Below are positions 30,462 through 41,955 of a DNA stretch of 64,000 nucleotides, piece by piece. The notes beneath the pieces are model-generated. The model was not told where the DNA came from. It saw only the letters and a list, made by a program, of their open reading frames with translations, and did no database searches. How positions within the stretch are numbered: the first letter of the stretch is position 1; each line of letters opens with the position of its first letter. Location: the NCBI GenBank assembly GCA_965198115.1, contig OZ240241.1, positions 1,760,001 through 1,824,000 of the forward strand, given 5' to 3'. The stretch is from Candidatus Latescibacterota bacterium (lineage in GTDB: Bacteria > Latescibacterota > UBA2968). The position numbers and the translations under genes are program-made.

Positions 30462-31874
30462 TCAACAGGTTCCCCAGTCTTTCCACTTCTCCGGATCCGC
30501 CCAGCGTTGTCCGACGTCAACGAATCCTCGTGGGCCTCGCCTGCCGTATTCGAACGGATCGCTCGTCGCTTCCATCCACCGATGCAATCGCGCTTCCATC
30601 TCTTCAATGGCGGGTTTCGCTTCAGCTGAATCCGCCAGGTTCGTCATCTCCAGAGGATCTTCATCACGGTCGAACAACAAGGGACCGTGTTCGTTGTCAA
30701 ACCACCGTGCGTAGGTATACCGCTCGGTCCTCACTGCCCGCCAGCGACCGACCCAGCCGTATCGATCTGGCCATCCATTGGCCATGTTCATCAGATAGAC
30801 CGACTCCTTTCCGCCGGTTGCGTGATCTGGATCGTCTGGCGCTTTCTCCCCTCGCCACACATCGGACACATCTCGTCCTTGCAGCCCGTCCGGGTGAGGA
30901 ACGCCGAGAGCGCCGAGCAGGCTGGGCACGAGATCGATCGACCCGATAAACGCATCACTCCGCGATCCTGCTGGTGTCGAACCGGGCCATCGAATCACGA
31001 ATGGGACGTGGGCGGACTCCTCGTAGGGCGTCGCCTTGGAGGCCCGCATCGAGGGATGCATCCAGCTGTCAGATGGCTTGCCATAGCCGTGGCTGGACAG
31101 ATGGTCGCCGTGATCAGACGTGTAACACACAATCGTGTCATCCGCGATGCCAAGCCGGCCGAGCGCATCGAGCAGCCGGCCCATTTCCGCATCGAGACCG
31201 GTACAGCACCCGTAGTAGTCCGCGATCTCTCGTCGGGCGAACTCGGCCATCTGCTCGGGCACGTTGCCGGGAAGATCGACCGTCGCGGGGTCATACCTGG
31301 CGTGCTCATCTGGATGCTGTGGGTAGGGCCAATGCGGGGGACGCCACGACAGAAATAGCGCGAATGGATCGTCGGGGCGATTCTCCCGATGCTGCTCCAC
31401 GAATTGAATCGCTAGATTGGTTTCCACCGTGGGTCCCCAACCCTCGTGAACCGTCGGGCCCCCATCGTTCTCGAAGTAGGACCGATCGAAGTATCCCCCG
31501 CCCAGCTGTAGAGCTGCAAGATAGTCGAGGCCGTAACGATCCTCCTCCGGATACGGCCCCACTCCGAGGTGCCACGTCCCGATGTGGGCGGTATGATAGC
31601 CGTGCTCGCGAAGGGTCCCGGGCAACGTCGGAATGTCGCGACGTGGTTCGTACTCGTTGTCGATCACGCCGTTACGCCAACCGTAGCGACCGGTCAACAG
31701 GATCGCTCGATATGGTGAGCAGAGCGGATGATTCGAGAACACATTGTCACAAACCATGCCCTCGGCGGCCATGCCATCGAGGACCGGCGTCTGAACGACG
31801 CTGTTGCCGTTCGTGCCGAGGGCACCGTAGCGCTGTTGGTCGGAGAAGACGAAAAGGAGGTTGGGCTGAGCCAT
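30462..31874 (-). CDS. Sulfatase (formylglycine-dependent family)
   Basis: PNLLFVFSDQQR, CSPYRAILLTG, PPHWP, SDHGD, YEESAHVP. Confidence 0.94.
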   Translation of the reverse strand: MAQPNLLFVFSDQQRYGALGTNGNSVVQTPVLDGMAAEGMVCDNVFSNHPLCSPYRAILLTGRYGWRNGVIDNEYEPRRDIPTLPGTLREHGYHTAHIGTWHLGVGPYPEEDRYGLDYLAALQLGGGYFDRSYFENDGGPTVHEGWGPTVETNLAIQFVEQHRENRPDDPFALFLSWRPPHWPYPQHPDEHARYDPATVDLPGNVPEQMAEFARREIADYYGCCTGLDAEMGRLLDALGRLGIADDTIVCYTSDHGDHLSSHGYGKPSDSWMHPSMRASKATPYEESAHVPFVIRWPGSTPAGSRSDAFIGSIDLVPSLLGALGVPHPDGLQGRDVSDVWRGEKAPDDPDHATGGKESVYLMNMANGWPDRYGWVGRWRAVRTERYTYARWFDNEHGPLLFDRDEDPLEMTNLADSAEAKPAIEEMEARLHRWMEATSDPFEYGRRGPRGFVDVGQRWADPEKWKDWGTC

Positions 31875-31942
31875 CAGGCTGTTGCGGCTCCGACTTCACG
31901 TGCGACCTTGGGCCGACGCAGTTTCCAGACCGAAGTCGAAAT

Positions 31943-33780
31943 CTACTCCATCACATACATCAGGAGACACAGAGCCGCGACGAGGAGCAACGAGTTTCGC
32001 GTGACGTGAACCGCCGTCCGACGCAACAACGGAGCGTCATCTGGATTCACCCTTGCCTTGTTCTGGATCGTGAGCGCGACCAGCGCACTGTACTCCGAGG
32101 CGTGATTAATGGGCTATATCCGGATCTCTCAACGAGATGAAGTGGGTGAAGGTGCCGTGGTTCCTGGCATGGGGGCGCGGTTAGAGTGTGCGGAACCTCT
32201 TCGGAATCTGCTCAGGGATGTTTATGTCTCCGACGGTAAGGAAGATCATATCGTTGAATGCGTCGAGTGTGCGGAATCCGCTGGCTCGGTTCTTGACGAT
32301 TTGGACGATTCGGTTGAGGCCTTCGGCGATGGCGTTGGTAAGACGCGTGTTCACGAATGCGAGGACGCCGAAGAAGTGCTGTCGCAGGGTCCTGACGAAC
32401 TTTCGCAGGGGTTCAAGTCGACTTCTGAGTGCGGACGTCGTCCAGCATTTCAGGAAGCGTTCGGCAGCCCAGGGCGCTTTGTATTCCCAGAACTGCTCGA
32501 ACTCGTCCTTGAGTCTCCAGGCTCTATAGATTCGGTAGTTCGCCTTCTCCAGTGCTTTGAGTGTCCGAGTATCCCCTCTGGAGCGTGTCGCTGAGTGCCG
32601 GTAGAGGAGCCATCGGAGGCCCTTCATGGCTTTGCCTCATCCGGGGCAGCTTTACGCCACTGGTCCTTACGGACCTCGTCAACGGCGACATTGAGAGCCT
32701 TGACGATGTGAAAGCGATCGAGGACCAGCTTGGCATTCGGACAGTGTTCCTGGATGGCTCCGATGTAAGCTTCGCTCATGTCGCAGCAGGCCCACTCGAT
32801 CTTGGATCTCCGGTAGGGACTGAGAGCCTCTGTGAAGAACCGATCGATCGTTTTACGCGCCCTGCCGCGGCCAACCCACACCACGCAGGAGCGGTCCAGA
32901 TCGTAAACGAGCGTGGCGTACCTGTGACGCTTGGCGTAGGAGATCTCGTCGATCCCGATGGTTTTGAGCCCTCGGATACGATGACCTTCACGAAGCCGCG
33001 TGATGGATCGGTGAAGGAGATCCGACAGCGTCGAGGCAGAGATGCGCAGCAACTCGGACGCCGCCTTCTGCGTCATGGTCTGGCAGTAGCGCAGCATGGC
33101 ATACTCGAAGCGATACGTCACCCGAGAGAACCGCTCCGCCCACGGAATCTCCTCGACCACACGACCGTGGGTAGGACACCGAATCTCCCGAGGATGGTAG
33201 AGAAGCCAGACCCTCCACCCGCACACCGGAATGTCACGCCACCGACGCGGATGGGGCATTGTGCGGACGATTTTACCTCGACGGCCGCACTCCGGACAAC
33301 AACAACCATTCTTATGGGGCTTTACGGCGATGACGAACCAGCTTCTCCCCTCAAACCACCAGCTGACAACACGGAACCCCTTGAATCTCAGCAGTTTCGA
33401 TAGTAATCTGCTCCCGGTCATAGGTCGCACCCCCTTCGCTTTGATTGTCCTACACACACAACCAAGCGTAGGGAACGATCTATGACCTTGTCATTCTATA
33501 GTTTCACCGTTGAGAAACCCGGATAGAGCCGATTAATGCTGGTCGCGATGTAGATCGCCCCCGCAGAGAGCGTCGGGCCGATTCCATAGAGGAACACGAC
33601 CGAAAGAAGGAAGAGGATCTTCGGGAAACTGGCCTTCTGGGGTGAGCGAAGTTCGTGCATCAACAGTAGCCAGCCCGGCGTGATGCAGCTCAGGTCCACA
33701 CCGGGTCCGATCACCCAACGGCTCTGGGCATTCCTGACCGGGGTCCTCGAGGTCGTATCAGGTGTGGGTGAGCTTGACAT
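31943..33780 (-). pseudogene. Small membrane protein gene interrupted by ISL3 copy 2
   Basis: Removing the IS and one TSD gives the continuous frame ...GAIYIATSIN|HASEYSALVALTIQNK...LLMYVME*. Confidence 0.6.
32112..33530 (-). mobile_element. ISL3-family copy 2; transposase split into 32624..33457 and 32181..32627
   Basis: IRs present; 8-bp TSD GATTAATG at 32104-32111 and 33531-33538. Confidence 0.96.
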
Positions 33781-33906
33781 TTCAGAGCGTGGGTCGAGCG
33801 ACAAAGTCCCCAGGGGCGGACAGCAAAATAAGACGGACCATCTCTGGCTGCCATCGGGAATTCCCACGATCCAGCCATGCATCTCGTGATCTTACCGTCG
33901 GATTGG

Positions 33907-34812
33907 TCAGGCCCAGAGGAGCAGGACCAGGATCCCCGCTACAACAAGGAAAATACCGGCGATCTCCGTTCCTTCGACCCTCTCGCGAAAGAACGCGAGG
34001 GAGGAAAGAAAGGCGAAAAGGAGCTCGACCTGCCCGACCGCTCTCACGTGAGCGGCATTTTGGATCGTCATAGCCGTGAACCAGCCGGAGGAAGCCAGCA
34101 TGCCGGCCAACCCGACCGCGCCAGCGACTTTCCACGATCCAACGACCGCTGTCAGCTGGCCCGGCTCCATCAGATATAGATAACCACCCATCGCGGAAGC
34201 CTGCAGCAAAAGCACAACTCCGAGCGTACACGCAGCAGACAGGACAAAGCCGGTACCAAGGGACAGGCTTGCAGCACGATAGCACACAGCGGAGAGGCCA
34301 AAGGTGGCCCCACAGGCGATTCCGATACCCGCCGTCCTGTGAAAGACGGAAGAAAGGAGATCTCGGACGCCGACATCCTGATGTGCAATGGCCAGGAGCA
34401 TCACACCCACGAGGCTCACGACGATGGCCACGAGGGCCCAAATCGTAATCGGGTCCGAAAGGACGAGCATCCCGACGACGGCGGCCTGGATCGTTTCCGT
34501 CTTCGAATAGGCTGTCCCGACAACGAAGTTTCTAAATGAAAAGAGATGAATCAGAAGAGCGGTACCGACAATTTGCGCAGCCCCACCCAGCACAACGAAC
34601 CCGATGAACCGTCTGTTTAATTCGGGGAATTCGAGGCCGACTCCGTGTTTCAGTATTGCCAGATAGATCAGCACGAACGGAACGGCGTAGAAAAACCGAA
34701 CATACGTGGCACCCGCCGTGCTCAACGTGCCCTTCAAATGTTTCTGCAACGAAGACCGGATGTTTTGGAACAGAGCCGCGGCGATGGTGATTGGAACCCA
34801 TACCTCTAGCAA
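33907..34812 (-). CDS. EamA/DMT-family transporter
   Basis: About 10 hydrophobic segments; RSSLQKHLK, ATYVRFFYAVPF, YSKTE, VRAVGQVEL. Confidence 0.88.
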   Translation of the reverse strand: MLEVWVPITIAAALFQNIRSSLQKHLKGTLSTAGATYVRFFYAVPFVLIYLAILKHGVGLEFPELNRRFIGFVVLGGAAQIVGTALLIHLFSFRNFVVGTAYSKTETIQAAVVGMLVLSDPITIWALVAIVVSLVGVMLLAIAHQDVGVRDLLSSVFHRTAGIGIACGATFGLSAVCYRAASLSLGTGFVLSAACTLGVVLLLQASAMGGYLYLMEPGQLTAVVGSWKVAGAVGLAGMLASSGWFTAMTIQNAAHVRAVGQVELLFAFLSSLAFFRERVEGTEIAGIFLVVAGILVLLLWA

Positions 34813-34863
34813 CGGTTACCGATCTCGCTTTCCGGGCGGGCAGTAAATGCAAACTGGGGTTGG

Positions 34864-35712
34864 TTATAGCTTCGCGTAGTGTTCCCAGTGACGGTTTACA
34901 TCGGATGAATCGAGTGTGCCGTTGTGGAGAACCATGCGATACCGATGGGTCATCGTCTCCTTGGCGGTCAGATCGACGGGGCCGGGGATGCACGGCGCCG
35001 GGTTGATGCCGCGCTGGCCGTCGACGCGCCAGTGAGCGGGGTGGCGTGGGTTTTCGGGGTGATCCAGGAAAGCGATTCCAGCGGTCACGTCACCCCGATT
35101 GACCAGCATCGTCAGATGCACCCATCTGGCCGGCTGCTGCTCCGTATCATCTTCTTCCTGGCCCTCTGAATTAATCACGTGCGAGGTCCGATCATCTCGA
35201 AACGGCATGCGCACGAAGAACCCCCCGTAGGCACCTTGCTCGATGTGGATTTCGGGAATCGCCTCGATCGTCCACCCCAGATCCAGATAGAGCACGTCAT
35301 CGTTCGGCGAGAGCGACCACGTCTGATTCTCCGTCAGCAACTTGGTGCCGTCCTCGTGCCGCCAGAGGGCGTCGATGGACCACTGTGGTGGATCGTCCTT
35401 CAGCACGCTCGGCGTCGTCGGCTCGATCGTTCCGATCACTGCGTTTGACTTTTGTCCTGGATCGAACCAGAAATCGCAGCCATTCACGCCGTGATAGCCG
35501 GTCTGAACACCGTGCTGCCACGGGTGGTGCCACGGACTATCCTCCGTCAAACAGGACTGTCCGTCAGGCCCGCGCAAGGGATGAATATAGGGACGAAGGC
35601 CAGGGCGAGCATTATGCTGAAGCACATTGCGACCCCACTCGGTTTCATCGATAAACAGACAGCTGTTCGCAACTTTCAACTTCCATCGTGACAAACGCAA
35701 TCTCCAGGTCAT
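34864..35712 (-). CDS. PmoA-like (DUF6807-type) beta-sandwich protein; start uncertain
   Basis: RPYIHPL, HHPWQHG, YGGFFVRM, INSEG, DHPENPRHP..W motifs. Confidence 0.75.
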   Translation of the reverse strand: MTWRLRLSRWKLKVANSCLFIDETEWGRNVLQHNARPGLRPYIHPLRGPDGQSCLTEDSPWHHPWQHGVQTGYHGVNGCDFWFDPGQKSNAVIGTIEPTTPSVLKDDPPQWSIDALWRHEDGTKLLTENQTWSLSPNDDVLYLDLGWTIEAIPEIHIEQGAYGGFFVRMPFRDDRTSHVINSEGQEEDDTEQQPARWVHLTMLVNRGDVTAGIAFLDHPENPRHPAHWRVDGQRGINPAPCIPGPVDLTAKETMTHRYRMVLHNGTLDSSDVNRHWEHYAKL

Positions 35713-36885
35713 GCACTCACGCGAAGATGTCGTCTCGGGCCCCAATATAAGAGGTCAGTTCGTCTGTCGATGGCCCGATTTGATGTAGATCTGCTCGTGA
35801 AAGAGCGGCCGGCTCCACCCACGATATGCGTTGTCGGTCGCCTTGTCCTCAGGCACGTTCCCCAGGCGCGTGCTGGCGCCCCACACGGGATACGCGAACC
35901 CCACGATCAGGATCGGGATATTCTGCGTATGCAGATCACGAATCCGCGTCATGAATCCGTGCACGGCCGCTGTGTCGACCGTCGTCAGGATGCCATCGAT
36001 CATCCGCGTGGCTTCGGCCAGCCACTCCGGCCCTTCTCTGTAGGCCATCCTGTGCCACGTCGGGAAGTGCGGACCGGTCGTTCCCCAGGCATACATGTTG
36101 ACGGATGCGTCTTCCTGATACTGTTCGGTCCAGAGGATCTCGAACTCCCCTCGTGCTCGCCGTTGATGCGTCATGTTCGGCAATATCACGTTCAGATGAA
36201 CGTTAATGTCCACCTCTGCCCAGTATTCGGCCGCAAGCTGACACACATCCGTTCCGTGTCCACCGGGCGGAACGTCAATCATCAATGTAAATGGAGACCC
36301 GTCGTCGAGCTCGCGCACGCCATCCCCGTTGGAGTCGGCATAGCCCGCTTCGTCCAGCATCTGCCGGGACAGTTCCGGGTCGAAGGTTGAATACATCTTC
36401 GTCAGTGGCTCTGAATAGTATCGACTCCCGGGACCGAACGTGAAACCGGATGGGATGAGCATCCCCTTATACACGATTTCGGCGATCTCCTCCCGGTTGA
36501 GTGCGTGTGAAAGAGCGACACGCACACGCTTGTCCCTAATAGCGCGTCTCAACGCCGGCCGCGACGTATCCCAGTTGAGCCGGAATGCGGAAGCCGGGGT
36601 TGGGGTCGCGAAGTGAAGTTCGTAGGTGCCCTTAGGTTCGTTCGCCTTCAACGTCGGGAGCATGCTGATCTGTGAATAGCGCCCGAACAGATCGATCTCG
36701 CCATTGATGAACTTAAGTAGAATGACCTGTCGCTCGGGAATGATGTGAAACACGAGTCGGTCGGCGTAAGGCAGCTGGTTTCCTGCGGAGTCGATTTTGA
36801 AGTAATACGGATTCCGCTCGTAGACCACCCGCTGGTCGTGCTCCCACTCGACGGGCACCCACGGCGACATTCGAGGGATGCCCGG

Positions 36886-37522
36886 AGTCATGACCTCCGG
36901 CAAAGCCGGAGGCTTGAAAACTTGTGAACCGCTCAAAGCGGTTGGAAACCAAGCGCCACCTAAAGGTGGCGATTACCTGAAAATGTTGAGCTGGTCGAGA
37001 CTCAGGTCCTCCCGCTCCTGGTTCTGGATATACTCCCGAACCGTCTGTTCATCCTTGCCAACGGTGGAGACCCAGTAGCCTCTTGCCCAGAAATGCTGCC
37101 CGGTGAAGTTCGACCTACGTCCCAGATAGTTCCGAGCAATGTGAATCGCACTCTTTCCTTTGATGAACCCTACCGTCTGAGCTACTGAGTGCTTCGGCGG
37201 GATCGAAATCAGCATGTGCACATGGTCGGATCGCAGGTGACCCTCTTCCACACGGCATTCCTTCTGTGCGGCCAGATCCCGAATCACCTCGCCCAGATAG
37301 CGACGAATTTCACCATACAACACTTTTCTACGATACTTCCGAACCCAAACAACGTCATACTTGCACTCCCATACCGTGTGACGTAGACTCCTTACGTTGT
37401 TCATTAGAGAGCCTTCCTTCCGTGTGCTTTGAGCGGTCCACGGCAAGGGAGGCTCTTACATATTTCTGGAACTGTCAAACTCTGGGAGTCTCCCCGGCAG
37501 AGCCGGGGGCTTACCAAGGTTT
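36886..37522 (-). mobile_element. IS200/IS605-family element, tnpA only
   Basis: Subterminal hairpins CCCCGGCTCTGCCGGGG (left end) and CCTCCGGCTTTGCCGGAGG (right end); no TIRs; right end delimited by the copy at 1523. Confidence 0.93.
36973..37404 (-). CDS. tnpA: Y1 HUH transposase TnpA
   Basis: HTVWECKY, DHVHMLISIPPK (HUH), GFIKGKS, FWARGY, EYIQNQ; likelier start MNNVRSL. Confidence 0.95.
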   Translation of the reverse strand: MNNVRSLRHTVWECKYDVVWVRKYRRKVLYGEIRRYLGEVIRDLAAQKECRVEEGHLRSDHVHMLISIPPKHSVAQTVGFIKGKSAIHIARNYLGRRSNFTGQHFWARGYWVSTVGKDEQTVREYIQNQEREDLSLDQLNIFR

Positions 37523-38314
37523 AGTTAGGATCCGCTTCGCCCGGGTCGTCACGTCCCTCAGGATTTCATAGGTCGACTCAGGATTGTAACGTGGGTGATA
37601 ACGAGCGAAGATGTGCTTCGGTAGCGAAATGTAATCCTGACTCAGATTGTGGAGGATCCCGCCAAGCGGTTTGTGCGATCTGAAGCGGATCGTGTGGTCA
37701 TCGATTCTCTCCATCTCGATGGGCTCACCCTCGACCAGATACTGGGTCGGAAAAAGCGGACTTCGCCGAGCATCAGGATCCGCCCACATGTCATAGTACC
37801 AGAATAGAATGTCATCGACCGTGAAAGGCACGCCATCCGACCACCTGAGCCCCTTTCGCAACCTGAAAATGGCCTCTTTGCCATCCCCCAAGAAGGTGTG
37901 GCTCTCCGCCAGGTTGTGAAGAATCCGATGGGGCAAAGGCCGCTCGTAACCCATCAGATTCTCACTTAGCGTTTTGCTGATGCCGGAAACCTGGACGACC
38001 TCTCCCGTCAACGCCCGGTTGATCGTACCGCCATACTGCCCGATCTCATCGAGCGGTACGACGACCAGAGGGTTTTCCGGAAGTCGCTCGGATACCGGTG
38101 GGAGCTGACCCTTGATGACTCGTTCGGCCAGCATCGGGGCTTCGTTGAAGGCTCTGTTGGCGAGAATTTCAGGATCGATCTTCAGGGGGGCCGATGTCTT
38201 CTGTGTGCGAGAACCGGCGGTCTCAGGGCCGACTTCCGTCCTCATCGCCTCCCTCGTGGGGTCGTCCGCCAGACATCCGCAAAGGAGTAGTAAATGCAGA
38301 GGAGGGCGCTTCAT

Positions 38315-39640
38315 CTGATCAAAAGGAGCGTAGCCGGGCTTTCCCGAATACCAGGGCTCGCCACAGAGGTTGGTGACGACGGCCCACTCCCCTTCTGTCA
38401 GATGCGTGTGGCTGTGATAGAGGAACCGCTCGAGCCCAGCTTCTCGAGCAGCCGTCAGATATCGATGTAGATCCCCGGCCGAAATCGGGTCTCCGTGATG
38501 GGGTTCGCGACCCGCTTCGACCCAGGGGATCACGCTGTCGGGAGTTGTCGACGCGGCCAGCATCCGACGAACTTCGGTCGGGACAAAGGTCTCGAAGAAT
38601 TCGGGTGGAAAACCCATCTCCAGGTCGAGCCTCGACCGCACCCACGGCAGCTGGATCCCAAATAGCCCCTCTACCACTTTCATCGCGTGGGCGTCGCTCA
38701 GTCCGGGGTTCCAGGCGGTGAGCGTCTGGATGTACCGTCCGACGGTTCCGTAAAAACCGTCGAACCCGCGATGGAAGAAATACAGCTTGGGCAGGATGAA
38801 ACTGTAGAGATCGGCCATCACGGCCAGATCGTAGCCGTTGAGCGGGGTGAAGCACGGGAGACGTGACCCGACACCGATGCGGACCGTTCGCGGCATCTGC
38901 TCGAAAGCTTGGTGCTGACGTCGGTAATAGTCCATTAACAGCGCGCGTCTGAATGCGAACCAACCCACAAGGTCAACATCACTGTCCAGCAGTTCGAACG
39001 TGCCGAGGAACCCACCCTCCGATCGCAGATCGATCTCCGTCGGATTCAGATCGTGCAGCTTCCTCTCGAATCGATCACGCGCGGCAACCATCGCGTCAAA
39101 GTCGAACCCGAGATCGGTCGCTGCCGATCGCAATGTATCGGGCGTATCCTCGAAGATGTTCGAGCGATGACCTGGCGTGATTTCATAGCCGAGCTCCGGT
39201 CCGTCCAGCACGCCACCGTCGACCATCGGATAGGCTTCCATCACGTCGCGAATCCGGGCAACGCGAGCGGCCAACGATCGGTCGTCAACCAGCGGATGTC
39301 CCTCACCACCGGACCCCTGCCCCGCATCCGGACTGAACACGAAAAGACCCAGGCCACGCTCTTTTGCGTTCGTCAGCGCAGCCTCGAGCAGCTTCCGTCT
39401 CTCGGGATGAGTTTCATCCGGCGAAACTGGTGGCTCGACGTCCATTTCGCGGTAAATCGCGGGGTTGGGATCGAACGTCGCTGGCGTTCCCCTCTCCCCG
39501 ACAAAGAGCAACCGACCGAACACGATGCCGGTCACGCCACCCGCCTGCCAACCGTCGAAAACCCGCTCATAGCCCTCAATGACGGGCTCGAGCGGCTGAC
39601 CGAAACGCATCCAGAGAGAGAGTTTGTCTACGATCGACAT
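38315..39640 (-). CDS. Hypothetical protein (possible TIM-barrel hydrolase-like fold); reads through in frame into the ABC binding protein
   Basis: First 442 codons of the 709-aa ORF; coding-like composition; no motif firmly recognised. Confidence 0.7.
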
Positions 39641-39743
39641 AGGACCTGTTAGATGCCTGTCAAATGTCCATTCGTCAATCAGAATTCGCTTTTCTGCGAG
39701 GACGGGATAGGATAGAATAGCGATAGACGGTATGGAGTTCCGT

Positions 39744-39870
39744 TGTCATCCCTGTGGTCTTATGAGCTGCCTGTCCTGAGCTTGTCGAAGGGGGATCCAT
39801 TTTCCGCCCCTCCAGAGGAGAAACGGGGGCAAAATGGGCCCCGGCTAAGAAGCGCACCGGGGTGACATTG
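39744..39870. repeat. Composite REP-like palindromic element, copy 2
   Basis: Shares GCCTGTCCTGAGCYTGTCGAAGGGGGATCCATTTTCC and GGCCCCGGCTAAGAAGCGYACCGGGGYGACATTG with 28655-28780. Confidence 0.8.
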
Positions 39871-39898
39871 CTTCGCTCGCCTGAACCAACATACCAAC

Positions 39899-40714
39899 GT
39901 GCAAGACTTCATCTCCCATTTTGCAACGATGCCGATGTGGCAGCGGCTTGTCGTCGTGCTCGGCTGTCTGGCGTTGAGCTGGCTGCTCGAATCGAGTGCG
40001 CCGCTCGCGCGCTTCGGCTACAGCAAGTGGAGACACGCTGTCGTCAACCTGGTCTTCCTGCTGACGTCGATCGTCGTCAGTGTCTCGTTTGGCCTGATCG
40101 CCTACGGCGTCCTCGAGCTACAGAAACTCGAAGTGGGGCTCCTTCAATTCGTGGCACTTCCAGGCTGGGCTCAGCTCGTTGTCTCCCTCCTCGTGCTCGA
40201 CTTCCTCGCCCAGTACTGTTCGCACGCGATTCTGCATCGGTATTCTATTCTGTGGAAGTGGCACATGGTTCACCACAGCGACACGACGGTCGACGCGACG
40301 AGCGGAACGCGTCATCACCCCGGCGATTTTCTCTGGCGTGAGCTCTTTTCGCTCCTGGCAATTCTCGCAACCGGCATGCCGTTCGCGTTCTACGCGTTTT
40401 ATCGCGTCCTGATCACGCCCTTCTTCACCTATCTCACCCACGCCAATGTCCGCGTGCCCACGTGGCTCGACTGGCCGCTGTCCTGGGTCTTCGTGACGCC
40501 GAACTTGCACAAGTTCCACCATCACTTCGAACAACCCTGGACCAACACCAACTACGGAGGGGTTCTCTCGATCTGGGATCGCATTTTCGGTACCTTCGTC
40601 TACGGTGATCCGGCGGATGTGCGGTATGGGTTGGATGTGTTGGACGAAGCACGGGATCAGGATCTGGTGTATCAATTCGGTATCCCCTTCAACAAAGCCA
40701 TCAGCACTGACTGA
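39899..40714 (+). CDS. Sterol desaturase / fatty acid hydroxylase family protein
   Basis: His boxes HAILH, HMVHH, RHH, THAN, HKFHH; NYGGVLSIWDRIFGT. Confidence 0.93.
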   Translation: MQDFISHFATMPMWQRLVVVLGCLALSWLLESSAPLARFGYSKWRHAVVNLVFLLTSIVVSVSFGLIAYGVLELQKLEVGLLQFVALPGWAQLVVSLLVLDFLAQYCSHAILHRYSILWKWHMVHHSDTTVDATSGTRHHPGDFLWRELFSLLAILATGMPFAFYAFYRVLITPFFTYLTHANVRVPTWLDWPLSWVFVTPNLHKFHHHFEQPWTNTNYGGVLSIWDRIFGTFVYGDPADVRYGLDVLDEARDQDLVYQFGIPFNKAISTD

Positions 40715-40758
40715 CATCAGGAGGCATGCGCAGTGATTGATACTCGGACTGGTTTAAG

Positions 40759-41931
40759 GTGAACATTCATAAACGTTTCCCGAGCGTCGCCGACCTGGAA
40801 GCGGCTGCCCTGCCTCGATTGCCGAAGTTCGTTCGCGAATACCTGACGGGAGGCCTGGGCACCGGAACCGGGGTACGAAAAAATCGCCAGGCATTGAACG
40901 AGGTCGAACTCATGCCTCGCTACCTGGCGGAAGCCGACCAGCCGGACATGCGGTGCCGGTTGATGGGTCGCGAATACGGCGCTCCGTTCGGCGTTGCCCC
41001 CGTCGGCTTGTCCGGTCTGATCTGGGCTAACACCGAGGCCATCCTGGCGGAGGCCGCGCGAGACCATCAGGTCCCCTACACGCTGAGCACCGTCTCCAAC
41101 ATCACGTTGGAGGAAACACGGAAACTGACTGGCGAGATGGGTTGGTTTCAGCTCTACACGCCGAAAGACGAAGCGATGCGCAGCGATATCCTGGCGCGCT
41201 GCGAACAAACGGGATACGACACCCTCATCGTCACGGTCGACGTCCCTTACCAGACCCGTCGCGAACACGACATCCGCAACGGGCTCTCGGTACCTCCTCA
41301 ATTCGATCTGAAGACCGTCTGGCAGATGGTCACCCATCCACCCTGGGCACTGCGCATGTTCCGGTCTGGCGTGCCCCAGTTCGCGAACCTCGCGCATTAC
41401 CAGGAAAAGGTCACGTCTCGCAGCAAAACCAAGCAAATCGAAGCGACCGCCAGATTCATCGCCGAGCGGATGGGACTGCACATCACCCGCGAGGTTTTCG
41501 GGGACATCCGAGAACAATGGTCGGGAAAGCTGCTGGTCAAAGGCGTGCTCGACCCGCAGGAGGCCATCGATTATCTCGACATCGGCGCGGATGGAATCAT
41601 CATTTCGAATCACGGCGGGCGGCAGCTCGATGCTGCACCGGGTGTTGCCAGCATCGTACCGCAAATTCGAGCGGCTGTCGGTCCGGACGCAACCCTGCTC
41701 GTGGATGGAGGTGTCCGATCCGGCCTGGACATCGCCCGAATGATCGCTCTCGGAGCGAACCTCGTGATGATGGGGCGACCCTTCATGTACGCAGTAGCCG
41801 CCCTCGACCGGCTGGGAGGAGATCACATCATGAACATCCTCAAAGCCGAGCTGCAATCGACGATGGGACAGCTGGGGTGTGCGACGATTGGGGAGTTACC
41901 GGAGCGGCTGGTTGTGAATGGGAGGGTCTGA
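40759..41931 (+). CDS. FMN-dependent alpha-hydroxy acid dehydrogenase (L-lactate dehydrogenase-like)
   Basis: PFGVAPVG, WFQLY, VTVDVP, VKG, ISNHGGRQLD, DGGVRSGLDI, GRPF. Confidence 0.94.
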   Translation: MNIHKRFPSVADLEAAALPRLPKFVREYLTGGLGTGTGVRKNRQALNEVELMPRYLAEADQPDMRCRLMGREYGAPFGVAPVGLSGLIWANTEAILAEAARDHQVPYTLSTVSNITLEETRKLTGEMGWFQLYTPKDEAMRSDILARCEQTGYDTLIVTVDVPYQTRREHDIRNGLSVPPQFDLKTVWQMVTHPPWALRMFRSGVPQFANLAHYQEKVTSRSKTKQIEATARFIAERMGLHITREVFGDIREQWSGKLLVKGVLDPQEAIDYLDIGADGIIISNHGGRQLDAAPGVASIVPQIRAAVGPDATLLVDGGVRSGLDIARMIALGANLVMMGRPFMYAVAALDRLGGDHIMNILKAELQSTMGQLGCATIGELPERLVVNGRV

Positions 41932-41955
41932 TGGGACGCACGGGGCACCAAATCC

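Larger units (their letters stand above)
35755..38314 (-). pseudogene. Peptide/nickel (family 5) ABC substrate-binding lipoprotein interrupted by IS200
   Basis: MKRPPLHLLLLCGC signal at 38314; EAPML, LPPVSERLPENP, LRKGLRWSDGVPFTVDD; after the IS, ERNPYYFKID..GNQLPY. The halves join in frame as KRILT|PGIPR. Confidence 0.9.

Noticed and set aside
36886-36972. TnpB or IscB with guide RNA at the IS200 right end
   Set aside because: The element is 637 bp with tnpA only; there is no nuclease ORF and the hairpins are adequately explained as end structures.
37511-39640. 709-aa ORF as a genuine hydrolase/solute-binding protein fusion
   Set aside because: An internal lipoprotein signal (MKRPPLHLLLLCGC) starts at 38314 in an ATGA context, so a lost stop or 1-bp error joining two genes is more likely.
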